IMG/VR virus record: IMGVR_UViG_3300043256_000236
Span: 1 to 64,000 of that record
Strand: one strand, 5' to 3'
Source of the DNA: an uncultured virus (IMG/VR IMGVR_UViG_3300043256_000236)
Taxonomy: Duplodnaviria > Heunggongvirae > Uroviricota > Caudoviricetes
DNA: 64,000 bases
How positions within the stretch are numbered: position 1 is the stretch's first letter; each line of letters opens with the position of its first letter. Shown here piece by piece: positions 1-9,445 of this stretch. A program made the translations under genes and the position numbers. Under the pieces are notes generated by a model. That model saw nothing but the letters and a program-made list of their open reading frames with translations, searched no databases and was not told the origin of the DNA.

Positions 1-85
1 GTATCAGAGCGGTCAAGTGGGTGTCTAGGATTGTGGGCAAAATTCAAAAAATACTTTACTGGCTAGTATGTCAGGTGTCGGGTAG

Positions 86-117
86 GGTTATTTTCGGTCT
101 CGAAAATAATCTTTTTT
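86..117 (+). terminator. Rho-independent terminator-like hairpin
   Basis: GGTTATTTTCG-GTCT-CGAAAATAATC followed by a T-run. Confidence 0.5.
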
Positions 118-121
118 ATTT

Positions 122-150
122 GCAACAGAGGGCGTCTTTAGGCGTATAAT
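122..150 (+). promoter_or_regulatory. Class-I phage promoter (GCAACA-N15-CGTATAAT)
   Basis: Motif recurs 7 times in intergenic positions, each after a T-rich tract. Confidence 0.7.
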
Positions 151-188
151 ACAACGGCGGTGAAGAGGTACTTCGTTGTTGGTCTTGT

Positions 189-404
189 ATGAGAACTTTA
201 ATGGAATCCCACCTACATTTAAATCATTGGACCACTAACTGTTTCAAGCAGGTTGTTACGACTAAGCAGTATCAAGAGATTTTAGATAAGCATGGACCAT
301 GGGTCTTTAGGAGTGGTCAAAGGGCTAATATTAAGGGGAAGAAAATTGGGCTTGGGCGATATGAGGTTTGGCTGGACTTCCCAGGGAGTATGCATGATGG
401 ATAA
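189..404 (+). CDS. hypothetical protein
   Basis: First ORF after the promoter; GAGG upstream. Confidence 0.55.
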   Translation: MRTLMESHLHLNHWTTNCFKQVVTTKQYQEILDKHGPWVFRSGQRANIKGKKIGLGRYEVWLDFPGSMHDG

Positions 405-684
405 ATGTATTTGTTTCGGTTGTGGTAAAGAGTTGCAAATTGAGCCCGTGGACAACCCCGCTACTATACATCCTGTCTATGGTGGCTTGGTTTTTCGTTC
501 TTTGGGTAACTATGGGTCAACTGTTTTTGATCCGATAAGTCCTAGATTTGGTGGCTATAAAGGTGATTCATTGCTACAGATTGTAATCTGTGACGATTGT
601 GTGACCAAGGAGGGGAAAGGTGTCATGCATGTTTACAATATAGATGATACAGGATCTGCCGATATCCAGACGTTTCGAAGTTAA
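394..684 (+). CDS. hypothetical Zn-binding phage protein
   Basis: CxxC...CxxC; probable start ATG394 after GGGAG. Confidence 0.6.
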   Translation: MMDKCICFGCGKELQIEPVDNPATIHPVYGGLVFRSLGNYGSTVFDPISPRFGGYKGDSLLQIVICDDCVTKEGKGVMHVYNIDDTGSADIQTFRS

Positions 685-690
685 ATCTGA

Positions 691-1053
691 TTGAGGTACT
701 GTGCGATGAGTGATATTACATATTCATGGTGTGAGCGGTGTCGGAATAATTTTCCGCTAAGGACTTCTAAATATGATGCTTTGGAGTTGTCTGGTGAAAC
801 ATTTTATTGTGACGTTGGGCATCCGTTATTCATTACCCGGAAGAGTGTGGTATCTCGCATGAGGGGTGCTGGGCGTAGTTCTGACCGGAAGTCTCGCACG
901 ATTGATAGGTTGATGAAGAGTCTCGAATCTCAAAGGGGTGTAGCCACTCGCTGTCGTAATCGTTTAGTGCGTGGGTGTTGTCCCTATTGCGGAATCTTGA
1001 TGGATAATATTTGTCGCCATGTTAAGTTATACCATAATTTTAAGTCAAAGTGA
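691..1053 (+). CDS. hypothetical Zn-finger protein
   Basis: CxxC/CxxGH at the N-terminus, CPYC...HxxxxH at the C-terminus. Confidence 0.6.
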   Translation: MRYCAMSDITYSWCERCRNNFPLRTSKYDALELSGETFYCDVGHPLFITRKSVVSRMRGAGRSSDRKSRTIDRLMKSLESQRGVATRCRNRLVRGCCPYCGILMDNICRHVKLYHNFKSK

Positions 1054-1235
1054 TGATGGCATTCGAGACATGTCCAAACTGTAATGCGTGGCATACTGAT
1101 TATATGAAACCTATGGTTTTGTGTGGGCGAGACAAAGAAATGCAGTGTGACGTTTGTGGCCATAGTTTTAAGCTACCTGATTGTGATGCTGTGATAGAAC
1201 TGGCGAGACAACAGAGGGATAAGAAGTATGAATGA
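1050..1235 (+). CDS. small Zn-ribbon protein
   Basis: CPNC...CDVCGH; overlaps its neighbours. Confidence 0.55.
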   Translation: MMMAFETCPNCNAWHTDYMKPMVLCGRDKEMQCDVCGHSFKLPDCDAVIELARQQRDKKYE

Positions 1236-1884
1236 AATTAATATTGTTTCTTTAGACTTAGAGACCAGCGGACTAGATGTAGGCTTCCATGTGCCGCTGT
1301 CAATCGGTGCTGTTAAACTAGATTTGTTATCCAACGGTTATAATTCAGAAAATTCTTTCTATGTACAATTAGAATGGGATTCAGCACAAATAGATCCTAA
1401 GGCTCTAAAAGTTAACAAATTGGACATAGTTAATCCACCAGGTAAAACAGGTATGTTACACTGCAATAGTCTTCCCTCGGCTGAGGGTATAGAAGCTTTT
1501 AAGACTTGGTTGAACAACACTCCCCGGCCTTATGATGAAAAGATTGTGGCTTTGGGAAAAAATGTTGGTTCATTTGACTTGCCAATGTTGAGATCAGTGT
1601 GGAATCATGGATGGAATCGTGACTGGCCTTTTCATTACAGGTCTATTGATATTAATACCCTTTTGTTCACTGTGTGTGAAATTACTGGCTCGTCTTTTGT
1701 TGATATATCAAGGGCAGTCTCGGAACGCGCATGGGGTTTGCAGAGACGACTATTCGAGGATGTTCAAATAACTCACATGCCTCCTCATCACGCCCTTGCA
1801 GATGCGTGGTGGAATGTTTTCGCTAGACGGGAATGTATGGTATACTTTGGTCATAAGCTACAGGAAATTAAGGGGAGTAAATAA
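1228..1884 (+). CDS. DEDDh 3'-5' exonuclease (DnaQ/oligoribonuclease-like)
   Basis: DLETSG (ExoI), NVGSFD (ExoII), HHALADA (ExoIII). Confidence 0.85.
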   Translation: MNEINIVSLDLETSGLDVGFHVPLSIGAVKLDLLSNGYNSENSFYVQLEWDSAQIDPKALKVNKLDIVNPPGKTGMLHCNSLPSAEGIEAFKTWLNNTPRPYDEKIVALGKNVGSFDLPMLRSVWNHGWNRDWPFHYRSIDINTLLFTVCEITGSSFVDISRAVSERAWGLQRRLFEDVQITHMPPHHALADAWWNVFARRECMVYFGHKLQEIKGSK

Positions 1885-2114
1885 TGGCATCTAGAGGCCC
1901 TGTATATAAAGAGGAGAATGCGGTCATTGGCAAGGAATTCCTCGATGAATTGAATGAAGCGGTTGACGACTTAGCACAAAAAATGAAGGCTAGTTTGCCA
2001 ATTAAGAATGGTACTTGTAACATCGGTTTCGGTGTCAGCAAGGCGCATCGTAGTTTAGCTGCGGACAGGGTTATATCTATTGCTAGGGCAATAAAAAGTC
2101 TTAAGGGTTGGTAA
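1884..2114 (+). CDS. hypothetical protein
   Basis: TAATG coupling and GGGGAG RBS. Confidence 0.6.
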   Translation: MASRGPVYKEENAVIGKEFLDELNEAVDDLAQKMKASLPIKNGTCNIGFGVSKAHRSLAADRVISIARAIKSLKGW

Positions 2115-2115
2115 T

Positions 2116-2424
2116 ATGAGAGTTCCTCCGAATCATCCTTTAGCAGAACTGTTAGGCAAGTTGCTTTTCGGTATTGAGAATGTTCCTGTAAAAGAGCAGA
2201 CTCGGATGGTTCGCCGTGCTAGTAGGGAGGCTACAAAATGGCACGAGAATGAGGTGTCTAGAATGAGGTGGTGGATAAAGGACTTCGAGATAGATGCTGT
2301 ATTGACCGATATGAATTGTCCTGAATGCAATAACCGTCTTGGAGAATTTACCAGACCATATCATCCTGGTTGTCACAAGAGTGACTGTGATCTTGGCAAT
2401 ATGCTCTCTGACAAGAAGACATAA
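2116..2424 (+). CDS. hypothetical protein
   Basis: Operon-packed ORF with CPEC motif. Confidence 0.6.
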   Translation: MRVPPNHPLAELLGKLLFGIENVPVKEQTRMVRRASREATKWHENEVSRMRWWIKDFEIDAVLTDMNCPECNNRLGEFTRPYHPGCHKSDCDLGNMLSDKKT

Positions 2425-2979
2425 ATGTCTATTAAGGCACATAAAATCATTGTTGTTGATCTTGAATTGACATGTTGGGGTGATCCATCTCGTTATGAAG
2501 ATATGGAGATAATAGAGATTGGTTTGTGTGTACTTGATTGTAAGACGTGGGAAATAGGCAGGAGATCTTCCATACTGGTCAGACCCAGTCTTTTAGATAT
2601 TAGTGATTATTGTCGCGAACTCACTGGTTTAACCAAGGATAGATTAAAAGAGAACGGTGTACCATTGCACGAAGCTATTAATAGTATCGCTAAGCAGTAT
2701 TCCACAAAGAAGCTAGGATGGGCTGCATGGGGCAATGGTGACAGGAAGCGTATGGTTCAGGAATGTGCTGATAAAAATATACCATATCCATTTACAGATG
2801 AATATCTAAATATTTCCCATTTATATGCCATGTCTATTGGTAAAACTACTAGAGTAGGTTTACGAAAGGCGATCGGGCGGGCAGGTTTGGAATTTGAGGG
2901 TCGTCCACATAGTGCTGCCGATGATGCTTTTAACGCTGCAAGAATACTGCGTTGTATATTGGATAACAAAGGGCGTTGA
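2425..2979 (+). CDS. ERI1/KapD-like DEDDh 3'-5' exonuclease
   Basis: VVDLELTCW, EIIEIG, WGNGD, FEGRPHSAADDAFN. Confidence 0.88.
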   Translation: MSIKAHKIIVVDLELTCWGDPSRYEDMEIIEIGLCVLDCKTWEIGRRSSILVRPSLLDISDYCRELTGLTKDRLKENGVPLHEAINSIAKQYSTKKLGWAAWGNGDRKRMVQECADKNIPYPFTDEYLNISHLYAMSIGKTTRVGLRKAIGRAGLEFEGRPHSAADDAFNAARILRCILDNKGR

Positions 2980-2980
2980 T

Positions 2981-3244
2981 ATGAAGAAGAGTGGGTGGAA
3001 CAAAGCCTCGTCATACTACACGTATGTTTTTATGGGTAGTGTCTTATTGAGCTGTGGTCGTATTCGGCTCCGTTCTGGCAGATTTGTTTGGCGCAGTAGA
3101 TCTACTTTTGAAGGTAATTGTAAAATTGGTCCTGAGAGATCATCCCTTGAATTGGCCAAATATGATGCTGAGAGATTAGGTGCTGAATTATTAATTGATT
3201 GCCAAAGTGCACTGGATAGAGAAAAAGGAAATTTCGGACTCTAA
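2981..3244 (+). CDS. hypothetical protein
   Basis: Probable start ATG2981 just after the upstream stop. Confidence 0.5.
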   Translation: MKKSGWNKASSYYTYVFMGSVLLSCGRIRLRSGRFVWRSRSTFEGNCKIGPERSSLELAKYDAERLGAELLIDCQSALDREKGNFGL

Positions 3245-3277
3245 AATGTTTCTGTTCGATGCTATAGGCGGTTATTA

Positions 3278-3484
3278 ATGGCTGTTAGTTGGGATAAAGA
3301 AAATTGCAAACATTGTTCTTGTGTCAATTGGATATATCACGGGGATACTTCTGATTTAACAGTCCCTGATACTCTGGGTTATGTATGTTGTAGGTGTTTC
3401 GGTGTAAATTCATTTTGTGATGGTCTTGACATAGAAGACGACGACCCATCTCTATATGAATTGGGTTATGAAAATCCTTTTTGA
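3278..3484 (+). CDS. hypothetical Cys-rich protein
   Basis: CKHC...CCRC. Confidence 0.5.
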   Translation: MAVSWDKENCKHCSCVNWIYHGDTSDLTVPDTLGYVCCRCFGVNSFCDGLDIEDDDPSLYELGYENPF

Positions 3485-3504
3485 TTGGAAAGTGAGAGTG
3501 TGGT

Positions 3505-3711
3505 ATGAAGATTGGTAATAGGGTTCGAATAGTTAGGTGTGCACATTGTCCTGCTGTTGTGGGTAAGGAAGCTACGATAACAGATTTTAGAGTAGAGATG
3601 TGTGATACGTATGCTTGTTTACGGTTTGGTCGCGGTAGACCAATGAAGGATCGCCCTAAGTCTATAAAGATGGATGACCTGTCCTTAGTCGTGAGAGAAA
3701 TTGAAGCCTAA
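3505..3711 (+). CDS. small KOW/SH3-like protein
   Basis: MKIGNRVRI...GKEATI pattern. Confidence 0.5.
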   Translation: MKIGNRVRIVRCAHCPAVVGKEATITDFRVEMCDTYACLRFGRGRPMKDRPKSIKMDDLSLVVREIEA

Positions 3712-3766
3712 TCGGTTTGACTCAAGCAGGATGGTAGATAAGTAATATTGAAAAAAGGATAGATTC

Positions 3767-4975
3767 GTGAAAATAGTTGCATTGCAAGCTGAAAATATTA
3801 AACATTTGAAGGTTGTTAATATACGACCGGACGGTTCATTGGTTGTTGTTGGCGGGGACAATGAGGCAGGAAAGAGCAGTCTACTAGATTCTATCGAATA
3901 CGCTCTGGGTGGAGCCGGATCTATTCCTCCCAAACCAATTAGAGATGGAAAACAGAAAGCTCGTGTAGTGGTCGATCTAGGAGATATAGAAGTTACACGT
4001 ACTTTCACTGAGAAGGGTACTAATCTAACAGTAAAGAATAAGGACGGCAAATCATTTGCATCTCCCCAGACAATGCTCGATCAGCTAGTAGGTGAGCTAA
4101 CGTTCGATCCTCTGGAATTTGCCAATATGGATGCTAAGAGACAACGATCTGTTTTGAAGAAGCTTGTTGGGTTAGATTTCGACCAGCTAGATGCTGATTA
4201 CAAAAAGATTTTCGACGAGAGAACAGTAGTTAATCGTCGAGGTAAAGATCTAAAGTCTACACTGGATGGCATGGAAAGACATGATGGTGTGCCCGACATA
4301 GAAGTGTCCATAAAGGAACTGGGAGATAAATATGCTTTTGCTTTGGATCAAAATCAAAAGGTAGATGTTCTACAAAGTGAGATTACTGGTTCTCTGGAGG
4401 AGATAGATGGTCTGCAAAAAAGAATAGACATGTTGTTGAAAGATGTTAAGCAAAAACAGAAAGCTCTAGACAGCACGGCAGTTGTCGATGTCGCATCTCT
4501 TCAAAAGCAAATGTCTGACTTAGACGACACTAATGTCAAGGTTCGTGCTAATAAGAAGTTTGCACAGACAGAACTAGAACTCGTAGCCCTTAGAGAAAAA
4601 TCTCTATCGTTGTGTGAGGAAATGTCTGACATCGCAGGTACTAAAGAAAAGACATTGGCTAAGGCACAGTTTCCAATAGAAGGGTTGGATATTGACGGCG
4701 AGGGTGTTACTTTTGATGATCTGCCATTTTCTCAGTGTTCTTCTGGTCAAAAGATAAAAATATCAGTAGCAATTGGTTTAGCCATGAATCCTAAGCTTCG
4801 TGTTCTGTTGATCCGAGAAGGGTCTCTGCTTGATGCGAAGAACTTGGAGATGGTTGCGAAGATGGCAAAAGAGGCTGATGCACAGATCTGGATTGAAAGG
4901 GTGAGTAAGGGTAGTGAGTGTTCTGTTATCATAGAAGACGGGTCTGTTCTATCAAAGGAGGCAGCCAGTGTCTGA
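3767..4975 (+). CDS. SMC/Rad50-like ABC ATPase with coiled coil
   Basis: Walker A GDNEAGKSS, central coiled coil, signature CSSGQ, Walker-B region LLIREGSLLD. Confidence 0.85.
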   Translation: MKIVALQAENIKHLKVVNIRPDGSLVVVGGDNEAGKSSLLDSIEYALGGAGSIPPKPIRDGKQKARVVVDLGDIEVTRTFTEKGTNLTVKNKDGKSFASPQTMLDQLVGELTFDPLEFANMDAKRQRSVLKKLVGLDFDQLDADYKKIFDERTVVNRRGKDLKSTLDGMERHDGVPDIEVSIKELGDKYAFALDQNQKVDVLQSEITGSLEEIDGLQKRIDMLLKDVKQKQKALDSTAVVDVASLQKQMSDLDDTNVKVRANKKFAQTELELVALREKSLSLCEEMSDIAGTKEKTLAKAQFPIEGLDIDGEGVTFDDLPFSQCSSGQKIKISVAIGLAMNPKLRVLLIREGSLLDAKNLEMVAKMAKEADAQIWIERVSKGSECSVIIEDGSVLSKEAASV

Positions 4976-5351
4976 AACAGAAGACTTGGGCCTCAACCCG
5001 AATGGATCGCATTTATTTCGTAAACCGAATGGCGTAGGTGGGTATGTTTATATTTCCGACGAGATAGGTGGTGGCGTGGTGGTCTGGGATACCGCACTGG
5101 TATCTGAAGCTACTCTCTTAGCTGCTCTTGTGTCCGAACATCACAGGTTCTATATAGAATGCCAAGACAAAAGACGTTCACGACCACCTATGGCTAATAT
5201 AGATAATGTTGCGGTGATCAATAGCTTAGCTATACTGGATCGCAGTATAGATGACATTCGTGGAGGTAATACGCAATCGGCGAAATTGGCTATCCAGGAG
5301 CTTGCAGATAGTCTCAGCTTACAACTACCGAGGAAAAACGACAATGCATGA
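4968..5351 (+). CDS. hypothetical protein
   Basis: GTG start with AAGGAGG RBS. Confidence 0.6.
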   Translation: MSETEDLGLNPNGSHLFRKPNGVGGYVYISDEIGGGVVVWDTALVSEATLLAALVSEHHRFYIECQDKRRSRPPMANIDNVAVINSLAILDRSIDDIRGGNTQSAKLAIQELADSLSLQLPRKNDNA

Positions 5352-5577
5352 AGACAAAGACAATAAGGTTAATCTTGACATTTGTCATAGGATCGAGCGA
5401 ATGTGCCGTTACTCTTCGTTAGAAGGTGATGAGGTTTCTGATCAATCGATAAAGGATAGGCATATCGTCGCTGACCTATATGTTTTTTATATCAAGGAGG
5501 GTAGAGACACGGAGGAAGCAGAGAGATTCGCCAGAGCGAATGCTGTTAGGGTAATACTATTGGATGTGATGCCATGA
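5344..5577 (+). CDS. hypothetical protein
   Basis: Probable start ATG5344 after GAGG. Confidence 0.5.
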   Translation: MHEDKDNKVNLDICHRIERMCRYSSLEGDEVSDQSIKDRHIVADLYVFYIKEGRDTEEAERFARANAVRVILLDVMP

Positions 5578-6375
5578 GACCTGCTTGGTTAATTCAAACA
5601 AATATAGAAGGTATAGACACTGGACCGATGATATCAGAGGTTCGTGCTCAGGGCGTGGAGGTACGTGAATTCTGCCATAAACTCGGGATGTCGTTAGGTC
5701 TCAGTATTATGGATCATAAGTTGTCTACGATATGTTACGGAGACATTGATTTCGTGCGACGAGTACTTCTCAAATCACCATTCATTCCCGGTGCATGGTG
5801 TAATATCGTCAACATGAAATGCAGCACCTATTATGCTCATCTGGGAGAACACTTACTCAACGAACAATACATTATGTTGCCGTGTGGAGACTTACCACGA
5901 AGATGGACAGAGGTGGTTGATATACTAGGTGGAGGACCTTTGTTCGTTCGACCAGATAGCGGCATGAAACCATTTACAGGATATGTTGTTGACACAGACA
6001 GGGGGCACGAAATCGAATCGCTAATACGAGCGATTGGACCTGAAACCCTGGTCGTCGTTGCACCAAAGAAGACGCTTAAAAATGAGTGGCGATTTGTTGT
6101 TTGTGAACGCAAAGTCGTGGCAGGATGTAGATATCTCCCAGATGAATCTCAGTTTTTCACCCCCACCTCCTTGTCGTCTGGCAAAAATTGTGGCTACTAA
6201 TGAATGGCAACCAGATATCTGTTATACAGTAGATATAGCAGAAGAAACTAATGGTAAGATTTCTTTATTGGAAATCAACAGCTTTAGTTGCGCAGGATTT
6301 TATGATTGCGATATATCATCTATTGTCTCATCTGCAAGTAAAGCTGCTATCAACGAATGGAAAGAATATTTTTGA
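5574..6375 (+). pseudogene. ATP-grasp domain protein (DUF4343/R2K-like) split by a +1 frameshift near 6150-6170
   Basis: Frame 1 has LFVRPDSGMKPFTG and EWRFVV; the +1 frame has TVDIA...LLEINSFSCAGFY, completing the fold. Confidence 0.7.
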
Positions 6376-6388
6376 TTAGGAGAGAATA

Positions 6389-6838
6389 ATGTTTGGAGCA
6401 AAGAAAAGTATATATGACTTCTACGTAGGAGGTCCCATGAGGCACTATCCAAAGTTAAACAAGCCTATGTTCGATTTAGTGTCACATTTACTAAGAGAAC
6501 AAGAATTTACTGTTTGGAGTCCAGCAGAACACGAGAGTTATTTGAAACTATCGTTTGCACAGTGTATAACTGTTGATTTGAATATGGTTATCAATAAGTG
6601 TAGAAAAATTGCTTTGTTACCTGGATGGAGAAAGTCTTTAGGCGCTAATATGGAAGCGTTCTCTGCTTTTGCATGTGGGAAAGATGCTTTTGAGGTCATA
6701 CTGAATGATGAAAAAACTTCTATAGAATTAAATCCGCTAGATCTCAGTTCGTATCGTTTGCCATATCAGGACGGGGAAATACACAAGTTCGACCCACATT
6801 CATGTCCTGTTGATGCGGATAAACCATCTCAACAATAG
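6389..6838 (+). CDS. DUF4406 / nucleoside deoxyribosyltransferase-like protein
   Basis: YVGGPM...N...F, SPAE, LLPGWRKSLGANME. Confidence 0.75.
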   Translation: MFGAKKSIYDFYVGGPMRHYPKLNKPMFDLVSHLLREQEFTVWSPAEHESYLKLSFAQCITVDLNMVINKCRKIALLPGWRKSLGANMEAFSAFACGKDAFEVILNDEKTSIELNPLDLSSYRLPYQDGEIHKFDPHSCPVDADKPSQQ

Positions 6839-6931
6839 GTGCTATACATATGTGGTAGAATCTTCGCGTATCTCCATAGATAAAACACAATACTATTATA
6901 GTAACGACGCAGCATGCGATGGTTTTTTGTT

Positions 6932-7222
6932 TCAATCCATTCTCCCATCAGAATCGTCAGACTTGTCCTCTAATATACGTCTAAGGTCATCTCGTTCTCT
7001 TCTCGTAGCTTCTAGATCGAACAGAATGTATTTCAGACATATTCTTAGATCTGTCAATGAGTCATTAACTTTATCTACACTGTTTTTCATGTCTATATGT
7101 TTTTGTTCCATTGCTTTTCCAACTGGTTCTAGAGCTTTACGCTGATCTTCTGGCAATTTGGCTATTTCACGAATAAGATCCCTAATTTTAGAATGTACGT
7201 CTTCTTCTTTCATCTCAAACAT
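6932..7222 (-). CDS. small coiled-coil protein resembling a conserved Planctomycetota protein
   Basis: C-terminal SLTDLRICLKYILFDLEATRRE matches a motif I recall from planctomycete proteins (not searched). Confidence 0.6.
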   Translation of the reverse strand: MFEMKEEDVHSKIRDLIREIAKLPEDQRKALEPVGKAMEQKHIDMKNSVDKVNDSLTDLRICLKYILFDLEATRRERDDLRRILEDKSDDSDGRMD

Positions 7223-7881
7223 CCTTTCTGTTTCTGGGGGATAGGAGGCATAGGAGGTGGTGGTCCTACCTTTAGGCCAGTAGACGACCAGATTACTTTT
7301 AAATGACTCGCATTGACTATATCATCAGCGACTACTGTGTATCGTCCGAATCTCTTTTTCCCTATTATGCTGAAGATACTCTTACACCACGGTGCTCTGT
7401 TGTAGCAATGGCTAATTAATTCAGTACAACTGAATCGCAACGAATCATTGAACTCAAATGCAAAATCATATTCGCTACCAATTGTTTTTGGAGCCAATTT
7501 CAGAGCCCTGTCCCTATCCTTATCTGGCGCTCGTAACACTACAACATGATCTGTCCGCATAAAATCTATCAAATCGTCGACCACTACTCCGTCGCTTATT
7601 GCGTGGACGACCTGATGGTTTTTGTTATCAAGTTTGCCTATATATATTCCAGCGTGGTTCCACCAACCTGGGATTAGCCACTTGTCTACATACCCCTCAA
7701 ATCTTCGCACAAGCACATCCCCCGGTCGTATTAATTGTTCTACTTCTCTGTAGTGTTTCCCTTTTAATCTGAATGTCTGAGCGTTGATTGTCAACCACAT
7801 AGGGTGTAGAAATCCATGCCACCGGATATCGCCAATAAATGTAAACAATGCTTTCTGTATTCTGTATCGAAACTTACTCAT
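7210..7881 (-). CDS. permuted papain-like NlpC/P60 amidase (YiiX/YebB-like)
   Basis: PGDVLV, WNHAGIY (His before Cys), YDF...FSCTELI. Confidence 0.82.
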   Translation of the reverse strand: MSKFRYRIQKALFTFIGDIRWHGFLHPMWLTINAQTFRLKGKHYREVEQLIRPGDVLVRRFEGYVDKWLIPGWWNHAGIYIGKLDNKNHQVVHAISDGVVVDDLIDFMRTDHVVVLRAPDKDRDRALKLAPKTIGSEYDFAFEFNDSLRFSCTELISHCYNRAPWCKSIFSIIGKKRFGRYTVVADDIVNASHLKVIWSSTGLKVGPPPPMPPIPQKQKGCLR

Positions 7882-7909
7882 CAGGATAACCCTTTCTTAT
7901 TTTGTCTAG

Positions 7910-8335
7910 CTACTCTATTATACACCTATATTCAGTAGCCAATTCCTCCCATTTATCATAAGATAAATCTGCTATAATGTGACACTTTTTACATAGATAT
8001 AGTAAAAAGAAAGGTCTAGAATAATCCGGATGGTGTCCCTCCACGTATTCATCAGAGTCACACACCTCGCATAGCTCAGGGGGAGAGAATTTACCAGACT
8101 TGACAGCTTGTCTGACTAGATACCTGGCGTGATGTTTCTCTGGGAACTTTTCCTTGTCCCTGCGGGTATTAATAGCGTTTTTAGTGATAGGTTCTTGTTT
8201 GCGATCTTCGTTGGTTAACTTGGAGGCACAAGATTTAGTGCAGGCATGTTTCTTTCCCAGTTTTTTTGTTTGATTAATTCTTTTCTGTGGCTTAAGGAAT
8301 GATTTGCCGCACCATGAACATTCGACGAAAGCCAT
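7910..8335 (-). CDS. Zn-finger/HNH-like endonuclease
   Basis: CSWCGK..CTKSC; CEVC...EGHHPDYS...LCKKCH. Confidence 0.7.
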   Translation of the reverse strand: MAFVECSWCGKSFLKPQKRINQTKKLGKKHACTKSCASKLTNEDRKQEPITKNAINTRRDKEKFPEKHHARYLVRQAVKSGKFSPPELCEVCDSDEYVEGHHPDYSRPFFLLYLCKKCHIIADLSYDKWEELATEYRCIIE

Positions 8336-8355
8336 TTTACTCTATCCTCCAGCAA

Positions 8356-8712
8356 TTATTGGATCTGCATTTTTTGCATGACATCTTCTACTTTGCCGAT
8401 ACACTGATGGTGGTCGGATTCGAATACCTCAATGAAATCCTCCGGGTCCAGCGGTGCTGGTGCTTCGTATTCATAATTAATGAAACCTGCTTCTGGTAAA
8501 ATCATGGTTATGTGCTGTTTGATAATTTCTATCTGTTTACCAGGTAGGGCAATCGCCAATATTGGCATTTCAGGCTCTGGTTTCTCGTTTTTCTTTGCGT
8601 ATCTACACGATGCAATATACACCCTCTCTACGGCTGCGAAACAGATCATTCGTTTCCAGCGAAGAAGCAAGAAGGCAATAAGTTGCTTGCGACTAGATGG
8701 ATTTATTAACAT
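8356..8712 (-). CDS. hypothetical protein
   Basis: Operon-packed ORF. Confidence 0.55.
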   Translation of the reverse strand: MLINPSSRKQLIAFLLLRWKRMICFAAVERVYIASCRYAKKNEKPEPEMPILAIALPGKQIEIIKQHITMILPEAGFINYEYEAPAPLDPEDFIEVFESDHHQCIGKVEDVMQKMQIQ

Positions 8713-8714
8713 GT

Positions 8715-8975
8715 CTACGTCCTTACCTCAGTCTTGATTTCGTCTGCGCAGTCTTCTGCTAGACCATGCAGGTCTTTGGATCGTTGTTCAATCACATCTA
8801 TATTGAAATTGCGTTGTATTTTTTGACACGGTTCATCATTGGATCGTTCCACTTTAATAACAACAAATAATGTCGAACGAAAGTACGTGGTGCTAAATGT
8901 CCAGTTAGAAGGGGATTTGGCCCATAATAAGTTCTCAAATATTTGCATTACTTTCGGTTTGGAGATCTTAGACAC
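8715..8975 (-). CDS. hypothetical protein
   Basis: GTG start overlapping the NUDIX stop, GAGG RBS. Confidence 0.55.
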   Translation of the reverse strand: MSKISKPKVMQIFENLLWAKSPSNWTFSTTYFRSTLFVVIKVERSNDEPCQKIQRNFNIDVIEQRSKDLHGLAEDCADEIKTEVRT

Positions 8976-9414
8976 CTCTACTACACTCCGTCCATTGTTC
9001 TATCCATTCCCGTGGGTTTTGCTTATAATGTTGTGTTAAGTATGATATATATCCTAAATTATCGCTAACGACAGGGGCTAGACTTTTTTCTATCATATAG
9101 ATTTCAGATAATGTAAACCAACCCATGCCTATTATCTCTGGATCGCTGGGCCTTAATTCGCAGGTCCACTGGTCGCAATAAAAAATGTGAATGTGATATT
9201 GTGGTGTTTGTGTATTGCATAATAGCCTAAATCTTTGTCCCTTAACCCCAACTTCTTCGTACAGTTCCCTATAAACAGCATCTATAGTAGTTTCGTTATG
9301 ATTTATTTTTCCACCAGGGAAGGTCCATTTTCCCCCAAAGCCATCATCTATAGCTCTTTGTGCAAGCAGGAATCTATCATTTTGATATAATATCACCAGT
9401 ACGACATCTTGCAT
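8968..9414 (-). CDS. NUDIX hydrolase (MutT-like)
   Basis: WTFPGGKINHNET..DAVYRELYEEVG Nudix box. Confidence 0.9.
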   Translation of the reverse strand: MQDVVLVILYQNDRFLLAQRAIDDGFGGKWTFPGGKINHNETTIDAVYRELYEEVGVKGQRFRLLCNTQTPQYHIHIFYCDQWTCELRPSDPEIIGMGWFTLSEIYMIEKSLAPVVSDNLGYISYLTQHYKQNPREWIEQWTECSRGV

Positions 9415-9445
9415 TGTGATACCCCCTGCTTATGTTATACACCAA

